Position numbers and translations under genes: made by a program. The notes beneath the pieces are model-generated. The model was not told the origin of the DNA. It did no database searches and worked only from the letters and a program-made list of their open reading frames with translations. A stretch of 64,000 nt of DNA from Styela clava (taxonomy: Eukaryota): the NCBI RefSeq assembly GCF_964204865.1, contig NC_135256.1:13454001-13518000 (forward strand). The letters run 5' to 3'. The number at the start of each line of letters is the position of its first letter. The first letter of the stretch is position 1. Positions 39,601 to 52,920 of the stretch are shown piece after piece.

Positions 39601-40306
39601 CATGGTGCCCACATAGAATCAAAGCATGTGAGTGTTCCATCTTTGTCAAAGATAACCAGCTTGCATTGAGGCCTTTCTGATGAAGTTGAAGAGTAACATG
39701 GGTAAGCAACACGCAACAAAGATACTCTTCTGTAAAAGAATATAGCAGAATAATCTATATTTAGATGTGAATATGAACACATAAGATTTCACAAATACAT
39801 TTTTATAAATTAAGATATGGTGTGATATTTTGCAATAGAATATTTTAACTACGTTAGCAATGTCACAAACATTGAAGAAAAAAAATTAATGTGGTTGCCA
39901 AAAAGCTACAGGGGAAAAGAGAACGATTTTATTATTACAAACAAAGTCAATACACAAAACTATACATTTCAGTCAGAACATAAAATAATTCAACAGTAAT
40001 TGGTTGATGATTGTTTTGCGTAGGTCAGTAAGCAAGATTAATAAAGTCATACAGGCTCCTGACCCTGTGTGTATAAGTATAATGTCTATAAATATTCATT
40101 TGAATATATAATTTTTAATCCACACATAGATTGTATATAGCATGCACCAATTCATTTTGCACAATTTACATAATTCTGTAATTTGAATTGACATAATTAC
40201 AACATATCATTCATTGGTGGACACTGAACACTCACTTTACATTTGAAAATCGAAAAATTAATGAAGACTGAATAAGCAACTTTCTTGCAAGGTGATGATT
40301 GTTCAT
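36615..40306 (-). CDS. HAD-superfamily phosphatase HAD-A, tandem paralog of HAD-B; coding exons about 40306-40236, 39729-39580, 39047-38906, 38531-38392, 37424-37222, 36778-36615; probable non-coding first exon ending about 41616
   Basis: [91 protein letters not shown]. Intron positions and phases are identical to HAD-B. Confidence 0.92.
39340..39500 (-). mobile_element. SINE 3' fragment; further fragments at about 16340-16510, 37445-37485, 46430-46590, 47070-47400, 62410-62570 and 63810-63880
   Basis: TTTATCCCAGGGGAGAGGAA..CATATGGCGAAC..CTCTCGTCCGGTTACC, reverse match to the SINE tail. Confidence 0.75.
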
Positions 40307-41823
40307 GGTGTTATTCCTGAATGCTTTGAAACAACTAGCTTAAAACTATATAATATTAGCTTAATTAAATGGTAAGAATACAAAAGTTATACTTCCAACA
40401 CTAAAATTAATTTTCTAGCATAACTTTCAACCAATATGTATTAAAGGCTTTACAAAATCCTTTCTATACAATGTAGGTAACTATCTACATTAATGGTCTA
40501 GCATTACTTTAACAGTTAACAAAAATATCTATTGTACTGCAGACTAAATAACATTATTTCACTATAAAATAATAACAATCTACAGATCTACCAACAAACT
40601 GCAATACATAAACTACCGTAAGTAATTCTAATATTCATTACTCAACAAAAAATATTCACATTCTTATGAGAACAAGATACTATTATATTACAAATATCAG
40701 AGCTCATTTGTTCAAACCCTCTCAACCATTGTTTGCTCATTAAACATTGAAAGAATCAGCACATTTCATTATACGAGATTGAGACAATTCGTAAAGTAAT
40801 TAGAGATTAAGATTAAGTAAAGATTTCAATGTGCACATATGCGAAAACAAGCCTGATGAGTACTTGTTTAGTACTAATAAGGCCAAACCACTAGAATTAA
40901 TTGGGTTAGGTTATAATTACACCTAATATCCTAGTATCGTTTATAATACAAATTTGCCCAAGGCAACCACAGTTACACTAAAAACTATAATGTAAAGTCA
41001 TCCCTGCACAATCATCTGATAACAATAAACCAAAACAAAGTCAAAGTAGTTCATTTAGGCTTTCCGAGATTAAAACTTCTAAGAATTTGTACTTATTTGC
41101 TCGTTTATACTCAAGTTTAATAGCATTGTTAACTTATTGTATAAACTATTGAATGTTGCTTAGGAACCTCTTACCTATGATACAAAGCGGGTGAGTATTT
41201 AAACAATAAAGTAATACAAGTTTTGTTTAATTTCTATTTTTTTAATCTGTAATTTTAAAGTTTTTTTTTAATTTTGCAAATCAAAAATAGACATTGTTCA
41301 TGAGAATCTCAACACTAAAAAGAACAAACGTTAGTTAAAGCATTACACAAAAATAAAATCCACCAAAAAATATAAGAACCTGCAATGAATGGTAAAACAT
41401 GAAAATCATAGATAAACTTCAAATTAATAAGGGGATGACATAAAAAGACAGAATTGAGAAATACCCCAATTAAAATGTATTCAAAAAACATCATGAGCAC
41501 AAGTTATTGTTATAATTAAAGGTGCTATGTGCGCCAGGCAAAAAACCATTTAAAAAAAATACAGATAGCTATCTTACATTTCACGCAAGACAAAAAAAAA
41601 CAATGCATTACATACCTTAAAAAATGTTCAAATAAGAATAGCAGCAACGTCAGTGATCTGGAATTTTGGACAAAATCTCTTATCAACTAGCAATGGTCCG
41701 TGACTACTTTGGATATTATGATTCGAGGAACAAAACACGCAAAAACTTATTCTTAAATTCTACGATTACCAGTAATTTTCCACCGGGGAATTGATGCGAT
41801 AACGAAACCTGTATGACAATTAA

Positions 41824-44766
41824 TAGGCCGCGAGCCGAGGCCATTTATCTTTCAGTTTCGTAGCGCACATCAGGTAACTACCTGAAAATGATTTTAAAAT
41901 GTTCCTTAGAAATTTAGTAACAAATATTGCCTTGTTCCCACTTCCAAAAGTTGCACGTTTTACAGAAAAGACGCTTTTACTACAATAAATATGTGTTACC
42001 ATCTGTCCTATTTTCTCTGCTTTTCCGGTATCATGGGCCAATGAACGCAGACTTCTGCACGACGTAACAGTCAAGTTAGTCAGCTGTAGGTGGATCCCCA
42101 GTGGTCGGATGAATATCAGATGTACTAAACTGCTCGCTTTTGCGTTGAGTAGCCTTTCCATAGTTTTTTTCAGTTACCGGTAATATTAGTCCAGTTATTC
42201 TAAGGAGGTGTTGAAAAGTATAGGTAAGATATTAAAAACGTGTATATCCTTGCCATAAATAGCAATTTTAGTTGAGCACTAGCTCATAAGACGTTGTTAA
42301 ATAGGTACGGTGCGGTAACTCCAAGGAAGGCTAGACCTAGAATAATACCTATGTCACAAACAACGATATTTTCTGGCTTGCATGAAATGTTTATGATTAA
42401 TTTAATGACTCTTCTTGACTATTCAGCAGACTTATACTACTATATAGGCCACAGCATATTTGGAAATATAAATGAATGGCTGTTTCTGTAATGCACGGTT
42501 GTGTGAAAGAGAAGAAATTAATCAATTTTACTAATGTCGGTTGGTCTAAATCTAAATTCATAGAGTCGACAAGAACCTGGGAAGCAATGATAAGTTATGC
42601 CGGAGTGGAAAGAAAGGTAGCATTGGAAATGATTGAGAGGTGAGAAATGAAGTTGTAGACAAACAGTTGATGTTTCAAAATATAGTCTATAGTCCATACT
42701 CATACTGTCATAGGACATTTCAGACTGTGATATATCAAAATTTAGTGTAGATATAGTCTAGTAATGGTATGCAAACACTGCTGGACTGTAGAACATGCAA
42801 TGAGCATATATACGCTCATTTAGTACATCAGATAAAATGCATTATGTATTCAAGGTATTAGTTAGTATTTAGGGGTATTTTTTAAAATCGTGCTGCTCCA
42901 AATATTATTTTCTTCCTTATTTTAGATACTGTACTACAAAAGAAAACGGCAACGTCCACCAATCCGACCTAACGCAGGCTCTGATCCCTGCTGCTATCAG
43001 TGCTATAAAATGGATTAAACAAGAAGTCTTGAAGCTTAAAGGTATATAATCATAATAGTTGCAAACAGCTTAGATGGGCTATTCATATTGAAATACTTTA
43101 GCACTTTTCTGCAATTGGAACTGCCCATCAAATTCATGTTGGAGACTTCATTGAGATTTTCAATTCATTTTTTTCCCTCGACTATGAAGATCTTTTGAGG
43201 TTAACGAGGTATTAATAAATAAAGCTGAGGAATTGGAAGAGGGTATGAAGAATGTAAATGATACCAGGGCACGTCTATTTAACACTGTCAAACATAAGGA
43301 TTATACTCTCCACCCAACAATGATTCACTGAAGAAGCATGTGGCCCTCAAATCAGTTCTTGAGTTGGCAAACTGCAAAGAAAAATAGTCAAAATAATTTA
43401 TGAAAGTGTGCCAAAATCAACTTAAATTGCACAGATTTTTGTTTTTGTATTGACTGCAGCAATCACAGTACACCTATAGAGGAAAAGTCGATTTTTGAGA
43501 TAGTGGATTTCGAAAACAATTCAGAAGAAAGTGAATTAGATATTACAGTTGATTTAATAAGTATCATACATTTTTTTTTTCGGACATTTGTTAGTGTCGT
43601 AGTCCTGTTTCTAGAAATATTATTGCCTTTGTTCAAATACATAACCACATAAACTAAAAAAAGATTAATTGTAAATTGTAATATTTCTGTTCACTATGTT
43701 ATGTACATATTGTACATTCATTTAATTTTCTTGACTTTTGCGGGAAATTTCTAAGTGAGAAATAACTGATTTATTTGTGTTTTCGTGCTCACGATGTTAA
43801 TTTGTGACTTCATTGCTTAAAAATAAATACGTTTGATACTTGATAGCTTCTATAAAATGGATGTAGCTTTTTATGCTGTTCTTGTTGTAAACTGCTTGTG
43901 GTTATTACATAAAATTTATTCTCAAATGTGAATCAGCGTTGTTGGTGTCGCTGCTTTCGAGGTCACTCCCGACTCCTGTCACACAATTAAAGTATTTTTT
44001 GTTGTTGGTTACATGTATGCCATATTTTTCGTAATCTACCTAATAAATTATGATTGACTGAGGAAGTCCGATTTTGGTCAGGCAAAACATTACAGGAATA
44101 CATTTGTGTTAGTGTGCTGTAGGGCTCTCGAATTGTATAGTTCTTATGTATGCGTTGTAAACTTATGGTTATTGAATTTCCGGGAACCTCTTATATTTAA
44201 TTTCGCACCAGGATTGTGGAACAAGCTGTAGTGCGTTCATTATGTTCGTTTTCACACAAAACTGAAGAATTTATTTAGTTACCAGATGTGCGCTACGAAA
44301 CTCATTTTCTGGGCGTTTTCATGGTTTCGTCTCACGGCCCATATCCGTGGTAAGGATCTACAAGTGTTTAATAATTTACTTATACATTTTTCAACAACGT
44401 CTTAGCATAACTTAACTAATAATAACTAAACAGGGCTATGGAAAGCCTGCCCAACTCAGCGCAAGGTCGAGCAGAAATAACTAATATTCATCCGCTCGCT
44501 AACAGCTGGTTTAATTCAATTGTTACGTCATGCAGAAGTCATTGTTCAGTGCCGAAAATGTAGAGAATATAGGACAGATCGTAGCACATATTTCTTGTAG
44601 TAAAAGCGTCTTTTCCGTAAAACGTGCAACTTTTGGAAGTGGGAACAAGGCAATATTTGTTACTAAATTTTTAAGGAACATTTTAAAATCATTTTCAGGT
44701 AGTTACCTGATGTGCGCTACGAAACTCACTTTCTAGGCGTTTTTCAGGGCCTCGGCTCGCGGCCTA
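41824..44766. mobile_element. About 2.9-kb DNA transposon with long TIRs (PIF/Harbinger or ISL2EU-like), no intact ORF
   Basis: Termini TAGGCCGCGAGCCGAGGCC / GGCCTCGGCTCGCGGCCTA. About 200 bp of near-identical inverted repeat extends with decay to about 430 bp. Flanks read as a TAA TSD, or AT/TA depending on the boundary chosen. Confidence 0.85.
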
Positions 44767-45038
44767 TAAGTGTATCGTTGGTGGATATAGAGCTATACGT
44801 TATACAGTTATATGCACATGCACTGTATTCGTATTTCAATGGAGACTTCCGTTCAATGGATTACGCATACTTGCCAAATTTAACCAAGGCCCAAACAAGA
44901 AAAATTCGACTAAATAATATTTTGTATCACTCATTTCAAACCCTGCATTTGGAAAATTCCAGGCGCACGTGTTCGGTTTGTTGTTTTCTGTTTGCCTGTT
45001 TGTTATCCCGATGTATTGCAGTGTTGAGATTGCACAAA

Positions 45039-48000
45039 ATGTCCAATGGTTCCAGCGCACCCACATCTGTACCGGCGAGTCCATTGCCCCAGAATTCTGA
45101 CGACCCAAACAGCGAAGTTTTTGATATTGAGGTAAAATTTATTTATTTTTTGTTCGGATATTTGAAACCGGAAGGGCCGCAAAAATGAGATTTTATCGGG
45201 ACATTTGGCCAGCTGTTTTTTTTATTTTCTGATTGTTTGACTAGTGATTTCTTTATGGGTAATATTTAAATTGACATCATAAATTTTTGTGTCATTTAAT
45301 TCGTGAAAACCTTGGGAAAATATTTTAGGAGTATTTTTCTGAATGTGTGCAATTTATTCAATTCTGTTTTTTTATGAAACATACCTTTGTTTTTTATCTG
45401 TTTTAAACACAATTCTTCATCACAAATACTATTTTCAGTGATTATAGTGTTCTTAAATTTTAATACAAATTATCCATTCTAGTGTCATTTCTCCTTCATA
45501 CCCAACCATGGCTTAAAAAACACTTCATGCCCTGTCTAGTTTAGTTTATAGTTACACGATTTATGATCACCCTAACCTTTGAATCTATGGTGAGTGAAAT
45601 AGCCACATCTGTCACTTTGCATAAATGAATTTTATTCTAGCGGTCATGCCTCGTTGGATAATCATAAACAAATTATTCCACCGAGAAGTTAGCAATCCAA
45701 TGAGCTATTTTCTGTTCGACTTTTATATTAATTTTGGTTTTTATAGAGCATTACAAGACTTGCAAGCACAACAATCGTTCTTCATCCTGGATCATCACAT
45801 TTAAGAATTGGAAGAGCATCTGACCCCCAACCTTTTCTTGTTCCTCATGTAATTGCATGGAGACACAAGCACCCAGGAGATCAAAAGCCTATTAAAAAAT
45901 CTTTATTATCAAGAGAGAGAACAGAGGTTTGTGCAGGGAAAATTACAATCATGTATGAATAATATTTGTGTTCAGAATTTGTCAATTTAACCAAGCTGAA
46001 AGACATGTTGAACGTTCTCACTAGTTGAGGGGTGTGCAACCTGCGGCCCATGAGCCAAATTTGGCCCTCAAGAAAAATTTTAGCGGCCAGTGAAAAAGTG
46101 CCAATTTTGAACGATTAGCGGCCTGCGAAACGAGTATTAATTTAGTAATTCCAATCCCATTGCGCTGCGAAGCCTATGCATGAGTCCAATTTATTATCTA
46201 TGCCTATGACATTATAATGCCCTAACAGCTAGTTCGTTCGAAGCAAACAACGCATGCTTATAAGATTAATAACCATGATTTTTGTGCTTGCAACCACAGT
46301 AAAAAGCCTATGTTAAATAAAGGTGCAACCCGCAGTTTCACCCAGTTATTTCTATCTGGCCCTCCTGTATTAAAAGTTGCACAACCTTGCTCTAGTTGCA
46401 TCTGGTACTGGTAAGAATAAAATCTCCATGTTCATCTAGGGGAAAGGAAAGATAATACAATGTCTTAATCATATAGGAACTTCAATGGTGAAGAGTCCAG
46501 CAATCCCATCGCACATAATTAAACCGCACAGTGAACAAACCTACAAACATACTGTGACAAGCAGGTTCCTAACTCTCAGCATGATGCGCTGCTATAACCA
46601 ATCTGGGTGAAAGTCCAGAAAGTTCCACTCCTTGCAATAATGATGATGAAATTATTATCCTAAGGTCAATTTTCATATTCTTTGTCTAATATTCGTAGCA
46701 TGTTCGTGACAAGCTAGCATTTTTTTCCCATTTGATGCGTTTTTCTATTGGTTTTATAGTATGCTGATGACTACAAAGTTACACAATCGGAGGGATACAA
46801 ACAATTAAACAATGCAGTGCAGACTTATACTGGGCGTTCAGTTTGTAGATGGGAACAAATTTCCAAGAGCAACAAAAAACAAAAACCAGAAACCTTAGTT
46901 GAAGGTTGTGGATGGAACTGGACAGACACAAGCCAAAAACAGGAGTTTCTAATTGGTGATGATGTAAGTGTCTTTATCACTTCTATCTTGTAATATTAAC
47001 TCGTTTACAATCTTATCCTCAATGCTTTTCAATTTGTGGGGAAAACTTCTGTAGATTTCAACAATATCAGGATTTTTTATACTTATCCCTAAGGAAAGGA
47101 AAGTCGATAAACCAGCCTAATCATATGGCGAGCTGTGGCCTCTCGTCCAGTTATCATGCTGGATATGAGAATGTTAAACAATAGGTTAGGATAAGATTTG
47201 TAAATTTATTTGGGGGGAAGAAAGCCAAGAGAACCACAGTCTCTTGTACGGTTGCCAGTCCATGTCAGGTATGGGATTAGTTAAATAGCAGTTATTTATT
47301 TCAGATGTATGGGCTTGATGTGGAGTAAGTCACAGTCGACTATGTGAGCCACTCTAAAACGACAGGGTGTCCAGTGCTATAATAAACATGTTGGCGCAAT
47401 GTGCCAGCTGTTAAGCTGACAATCATTGATAGATTTATGCCTTTATTAAATCTTTGTTTTGTAACAACAGATTGTATTAGATAAAAATATCTGTTTGTTT
47501 CCTACTAATGCCTCACCAATATTTTCTTTTCTTAGGCGCTTTATATTGATGAAGCAGATTGTTATGATTTACAATGGCCGATTGTAAAAGGTCAGTTGAA
47601 TGTTCATGACGGTTCGCATGGTTCACTTCATTCTGTTATGACTAATTTGGAAATGCATTGGATCAAGTCGATAGAAACGTTTCTTCACATTCCGAAAAGC
47701 GAACTTGTTGGCTACAGGTTTGGCAATATTTAATATGCATTTTAGACCCGAGATGCAAATATTGTTCAAGTCCAGACATCTAACCAATTTTGGGGAGCTA
47801 TCACACCTTTCAATTTTTGAGGTAGTAATGCCAATAAATGTTGATATGCATTATATATTGGTATGTTTATATTGGAAAAGCAGCAGTTGTGTTTGTGTTT
47901 ATGGATGGCTGATTAATATTCTTTATCTGCATATTCAAAGAAATCACAACTTTGCATCCAAATTTCTGTTGGTATATCAGAGCAAAAAAAATATATAAAA

Positions 48001-51000
48001 AAAATACAATGATTATATACAGCAGTGTTTCCCAAACTGTTTTCTGCCAGCGCCCCCTTGGACAACTTTTTAACTAGCAAACGCCCCCCTAACAAAAAAA
48101 AAAGTCAAAGTAACTTTGTTCTCCATTTATCATTAGTATAATGTGAAGGTTGAGTCTAGTGAAATCCAACCAGCTTGATAATATCTTGCTTCATTTCAGT
48201 CAAAAACAGTCTTGAGTCTCCTCGTCTGACACTGTCGAGGGAATCTCTTTTGATGTAAAAGTGCAGCCACTGCACTAAATACTCGCTCTACCAAGAATGA
48301 GCTGGCAAGAGCAATGAAAAAAACTTTAAACCCGATCTCACTCGTGGGATCTTCCAATTTGATAATGTTCCCAAAAAGATGGAACACCATTGAACATGAG
48401 TTTGAAAGTAAAAACTCGATGGTAGTGTTGCATTCCCGCTTCTGGAAATTCAGGGTTATCTAGAAAACAGAAACCAAAAATTTCTTCACTATATCCATTT
48501 GCGCTTGAACTACTTCTTACTTACTACTTCTTCTTCATAATATTCTTGTTATTAAACAGGTGTTTACTGCTTGTCCCAGATATATATATTAGACAACATG
48601 TTAAAGCACTCATACATATGCTGATCAACAATATGGGCTTTTCTTCAATATTAATTCATCAGGTGAGACTAATTGTTGTATTTACAGTGATTTTGTGAGA
48701 ATATTCAAATTATGATTTTGAGGTAACATATAAATCAATCTTGGGCCAGCATGTGAAAATTGCAAGCGGGGTAAATGTTCGATCTGATATATTGCTAAAA
48801 CATATCCTCTCATTTAGTAGAGGACAGCTAAAAAAGGCTATGATGATATCATTTACCAATTAAATGCTTTATTTTTATTATTACTTTTATGCCTGATTCA
48901 TCATAAATTTTAGGAATCGGTTTGTGCGACATACGGTTGTGGTATTGCTACTGCATGTGTGGTAGATGTTGGTCATGAAAAAACTTCTATTTGTTGTGTT
49001 GAAGATGGAACATCCCATAAGAACACAAGGTAAGAAGAGAATTTAATAAAGCATAAAATCTATTGATAATTCTGAAGTTGAAAATGCATTTTTGAAGATT
49101 AATTAAACAATTCAAGTTACTTTCACCACTGGATTTTTTATATGAGGGTTTCTAAATGTCACTTCAAACAAGCCGCTGCTCATGCACACATGAGTTACTC
49201 GAAGCATCGTAATCTTCCTGATTCAGCTTCCTGATTAAATTTGGACCTGAAACCTGCTTATGCGATCGTCTGTACTGTACATTCAGTTGGACAATCTGTA
49301 ATTCCTGCGAAAAATTGGGGTTTCTCCCCCTTTTTTTACTATTTGCTGTGTGAAAACCCCATCATCAGCTGATGTGAAATAGTACCATCACAAACTGGTT
49401 GATCTGTTATTAGCATGTTTCCAGGTTTGTGAAACATTGAAATAATAGTAAAAACTTGTGCATGATACACAAACAATTCTTCAATTTTGATTCAAATTTT
49501 CAATAGAATTTGTCTTGATGTTGGTGGGAGAGATATTACAAGAGTATTTGCTGGTTTTTTAAAGCGAAATTGCTTGCCATATCAAAAATTTGACCAGGAT
49601 GATAGAATGGATGCTTTACTAATGGAAGAACTTAAAGTAAGCAAATAGTAATATAACATGACTTGAGGTGGATGACTGTTTGTCAGATACTACATCAGAC
49701 TGAATCATTACGGAAAGAAGGAGAACGTATTATATGCTAATAATACGTTTTTCTTGTATGTATATAGTAAAATGGTATTTATTTATATTCAAATAATTCG
49801 AAAATGCAGCAAACTTAAGACTGAGTATGATCTATTTAGCTCTGTATTTTTTTATAGTTTTTCTCAGAAATGCAATGAAAGCTTTATCGACCATATTTTT
49901 GCGCCCTCAATTTTTTGCAATGAAACTATTCTAAAAGTTTTTGTAAAACCAAAAATTTCAAATATTGAATATAATGGATTCCAATATTCAGTTTGATCTG
50001 GACGGACATTCATAATACCTACTTTTGATATTTAAGAGATAGGATTGCTTTATGGTGACGAACAGGAAAATTCAGGAATGAAGTTGCTGTTTTGATGTTG
50101 CAGTTGAAGGGATTTAAATGCCATGTTGAACACGTAATCGTAGGCTGTCCTTGTATCTTATCTTTTTATAAGTCTTCGATACTTATACAGGAAACATTCT
50201 GCCACATGGAGCCAGATAGAGTTAGCCCTGAAAGTCAGGAATTCCACATCAGAAGACCTGGTCAATGTTCGTTACTTTATCCTATTGTCCTTGGTGATGA
50301 AACTTTAGAGGTCAGTGTTGATTCAAGTACAGTTTCTTTATGTCTGTGACCTTTCTGGTATGATGAATACTTTAACTATATTTGTCGTCATTGATTAAAG
50401 GAAGCCTGCTAATTTAAAAACATAACCTTCTCTTATTTTAGCACCATATGTTCAAGGCTTATGACAGTGGGCCTTATCCAAAGTTCAATAAAATGAGTAT
50501 GCCACATAAAACCAGAAAGAATTCAGGACCTACTGACAGTGACTCTTTACACATATATGTGGCTTCGTGTCTGGAGGATGTATTGTAAAACATCACACAT
50601 AAATAATACTAATTGTCATATATTCCGATTAAATGGTTGACTGACTATATTTCAGGCACCTTTATCCATCTTTTTTCCAAAAGCATTTGGCTTAAAGATG
50701 AAAGATAGACACATTCATTTTGCAACAAGAAATCCTGGAGATTCAGAAGATCCAATGGATGAATATTACTTGCTGCAAACTAGAAGCAAAAATTGGGAGG
50801 TATACTGATGTGTGTAGGAGTTTCGCAAAATATTTCCATATTAAAATTTAATCAAAACGCTTCCATGCTGTTTTGACCACAAGTGTTTACTTCATTAACT
50901 TATGGTTGCAGGCCAAGGCAATGGAGTCATAGTCATATTTTCAAAATTTTGAAATACTCCTATTGGTGATAATCAAAGGCAAAATATTCCACAGAATTTA

Positions 51001-52650
51001 AAAAACAACAAAGTTGACCAAGCTTCCGTTAACAGTGTATCAAGGAAGGCATGCATTTTCATCAAGTCTGGTGGTGTCAATTATAAATTTTCCCGGTCCC
51101 AGGTTGCAACAATTTTTCAATTTGTATTGATAAACAGGATTTGTAGATCAGACTAACCTTTGTATTTCTATGAATTCAATAACATACTTGTCATTGCAGA
51201 TTATCCTGCATGGGAGACTCAGGTTTAAATTCATGTCATTCATCAAAATGAGGGTAGCTATCTATCCTATTTATCACAGTGACTAGTACCTTAATCAGTG
51301 TGAAAAGCTGTATTTTTTTTATGTTTTATAATACCATAAATGTGCAAATACTACCTACACACAGAATGCAAGATTGGGTAGTGGTAATACTATTTTGTTT
51401 CAAACAGAATCGCCTTTCTAGAAGAACGAAAACTGAAAACCTATCGACTAATACATCAAATTCTGCATTAGATGAAAATATTGAAAAAATGGAAGATGAT
51501 AATGGTGAAGATTTAGATGACGAGGAAACACAACAGATGTGCAAGTAATGAACTTTTATGATGGAACGAGTGCTTTGATGCGTAGGTTGATAACTAACAG
51601 TTGGTCATAACTTATTCATTCCGCAAACAAGGTCTGAACTGAAAACATATCGAACATGGTAAAATGTTAATAAATCTTGAGGAAGCATAAATGGAAGCAA
51701 TTAAAAAGTTTGTCCAAATAAGACTGTAATTGAAGAAGAAAGGAACCCACAAACAAATTACTGATGTCTGATTTCGAATGATAAAAATAGTATAATTCAA
51801 TGAATTTACATTTCAGGAGTTCAAATGTAAAATTTTACTGAATTTGACAAATAGGTATATTATCCATGAAAAAATATTAAAAATCTAGCATAGTGAAAAA
51901 TGTCCTGCAAATGAAAGGACAAATAAATGATACAGTAGTTAGGTGTTTTCCTGGTATTAATGGAGTGATTCATGTATTATATTATTTATTTTTAGTTACA
52001 AACCAGGTGCTGAAATGGCACCAGCTCCAGGAGGACTACTTGGATTAGATCAAGCTATTGTATGGAGTGTAGAAAATTGTCCTTTGTCTTATGAAGATGA
52101 ATTAAAAAGGCGAATGTACTCTTGCATTCTTGTGGTTGGTGGAGGATTGGCTCATTTTGCTGGAGCTGATCAGTATTTGAGACACCGTATCAAATTATTA
52201 ATACCAAATACACCTTTAAAATCTTTGATGGTTGGACAAGTGGATGTTGTAGTAAAACCAAAAGTGAGATTTGTTTTTATTAATATTCATCTTCATGTGT
52301 TTTACCTAGGGAAAAAATGGAGTTTTGATCCTCCCTCTAAAAAAGTTGACACACTAATAAATTAGGGGATGATTAGAGTAGGGGATGGCACAGGTGATTG
52401 TTGACCAGAGCTAATATAATAGTGAATGGCTGCCAATAGCTGATTCTTTTCCAAAAAGATTGCCTATTCCGAAATCAGCATAATTGCTAAAAATTATTTG
52501 CTACAGGATCAGGATCCATCGATTGTTGCTTGGAAAGGGGGATCTGTGCTGTCATGTCTTGATAATGCCCAGGAATGTTGGGTCACTAATACCGAATGGA
52601 ACAAATTTGGCTTGAAGCTGTTGAGAGAAAGATCACCATTTATTTGGTGA
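45039..52650 (+). CDS. ACTR8: Actin-related protein 8 (INO80 complex); 12 coding exons about 45039-45131, 45747-45926, 46760-46963, 47537-47717, 48560-48662, 48914-49029, 49507-49636, 50191-50310, 50656-50799, 51408-51543, 51995-52263, 52507-52650
   Basis: IVLHPGSSHLRIGRASD, WPIVKGQLNVH, LLVPDIY, HQESVCATYG, CVVDVGHEKTSICCVEDG, ETFCH, LGDE, DSEDPMDEYYLL, LGLDQAI, ILVVGGG, AWKGGSVLSCLD and LLRERSPFIW* match ARP8. Confidence 0.95.
46027..46389. mobile_element. Degenerate hAT-type MITE in an ACTR8 intron
   Basis: Ends (G)AGGGGTGTGCAACCT / AAGTTGCACAACCTTG flanked by C(A/T)CTAGTT. Confidence 0.65.
48023..48400 (-). mobile_element. hAT transposase C-terminal relic with TIR
   Basis: TIR CAGTGTTTCCCAAACT; minus-strand 'FFIALASSFLVERVFSAV..LLHQKR' resembles the hAT dimerisation domain. 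Confidence 0.7.
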
Positions 52651-52920
52651 AATAGGTAAGGTTTACTGCAGCTGAAATGGACTTTCAGTCAGTATAGTAC
52701 TTCAAAAAGGAAGTAAAAAAATAGTCCAAGCAACCGGTGAAAGAGAAGGCGGAGGAACTGCAACATGACAGCGCAATGCATCAAGATAAAGGTCGAAATT
52801 TACAATAGAGTGATTATTGGTTGTCATTCACACATGTACCCAAATGAATGCTTTGAATATATATTTCAAGCCAGAGATAAGGTTTCTATTTGTTTCTTTT
52901 GGGTTAGGAGGCAGGACAGC

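Noticed and set aside
41820-45188. ORFs 41820-42161, 44530-44736 and the 5' part of 44712-45188
   Set aside because: They are translations of transposon TIRs. Only 45039-45131 is coding (ACTR8 exon 1).
48838-48905. C/D box snoRNA in an ACTR8 intron (ATGATGA..CTGA)
   Set aside because: AT-only interior with no guide-like sequence, and it abuts the 3' splice site.
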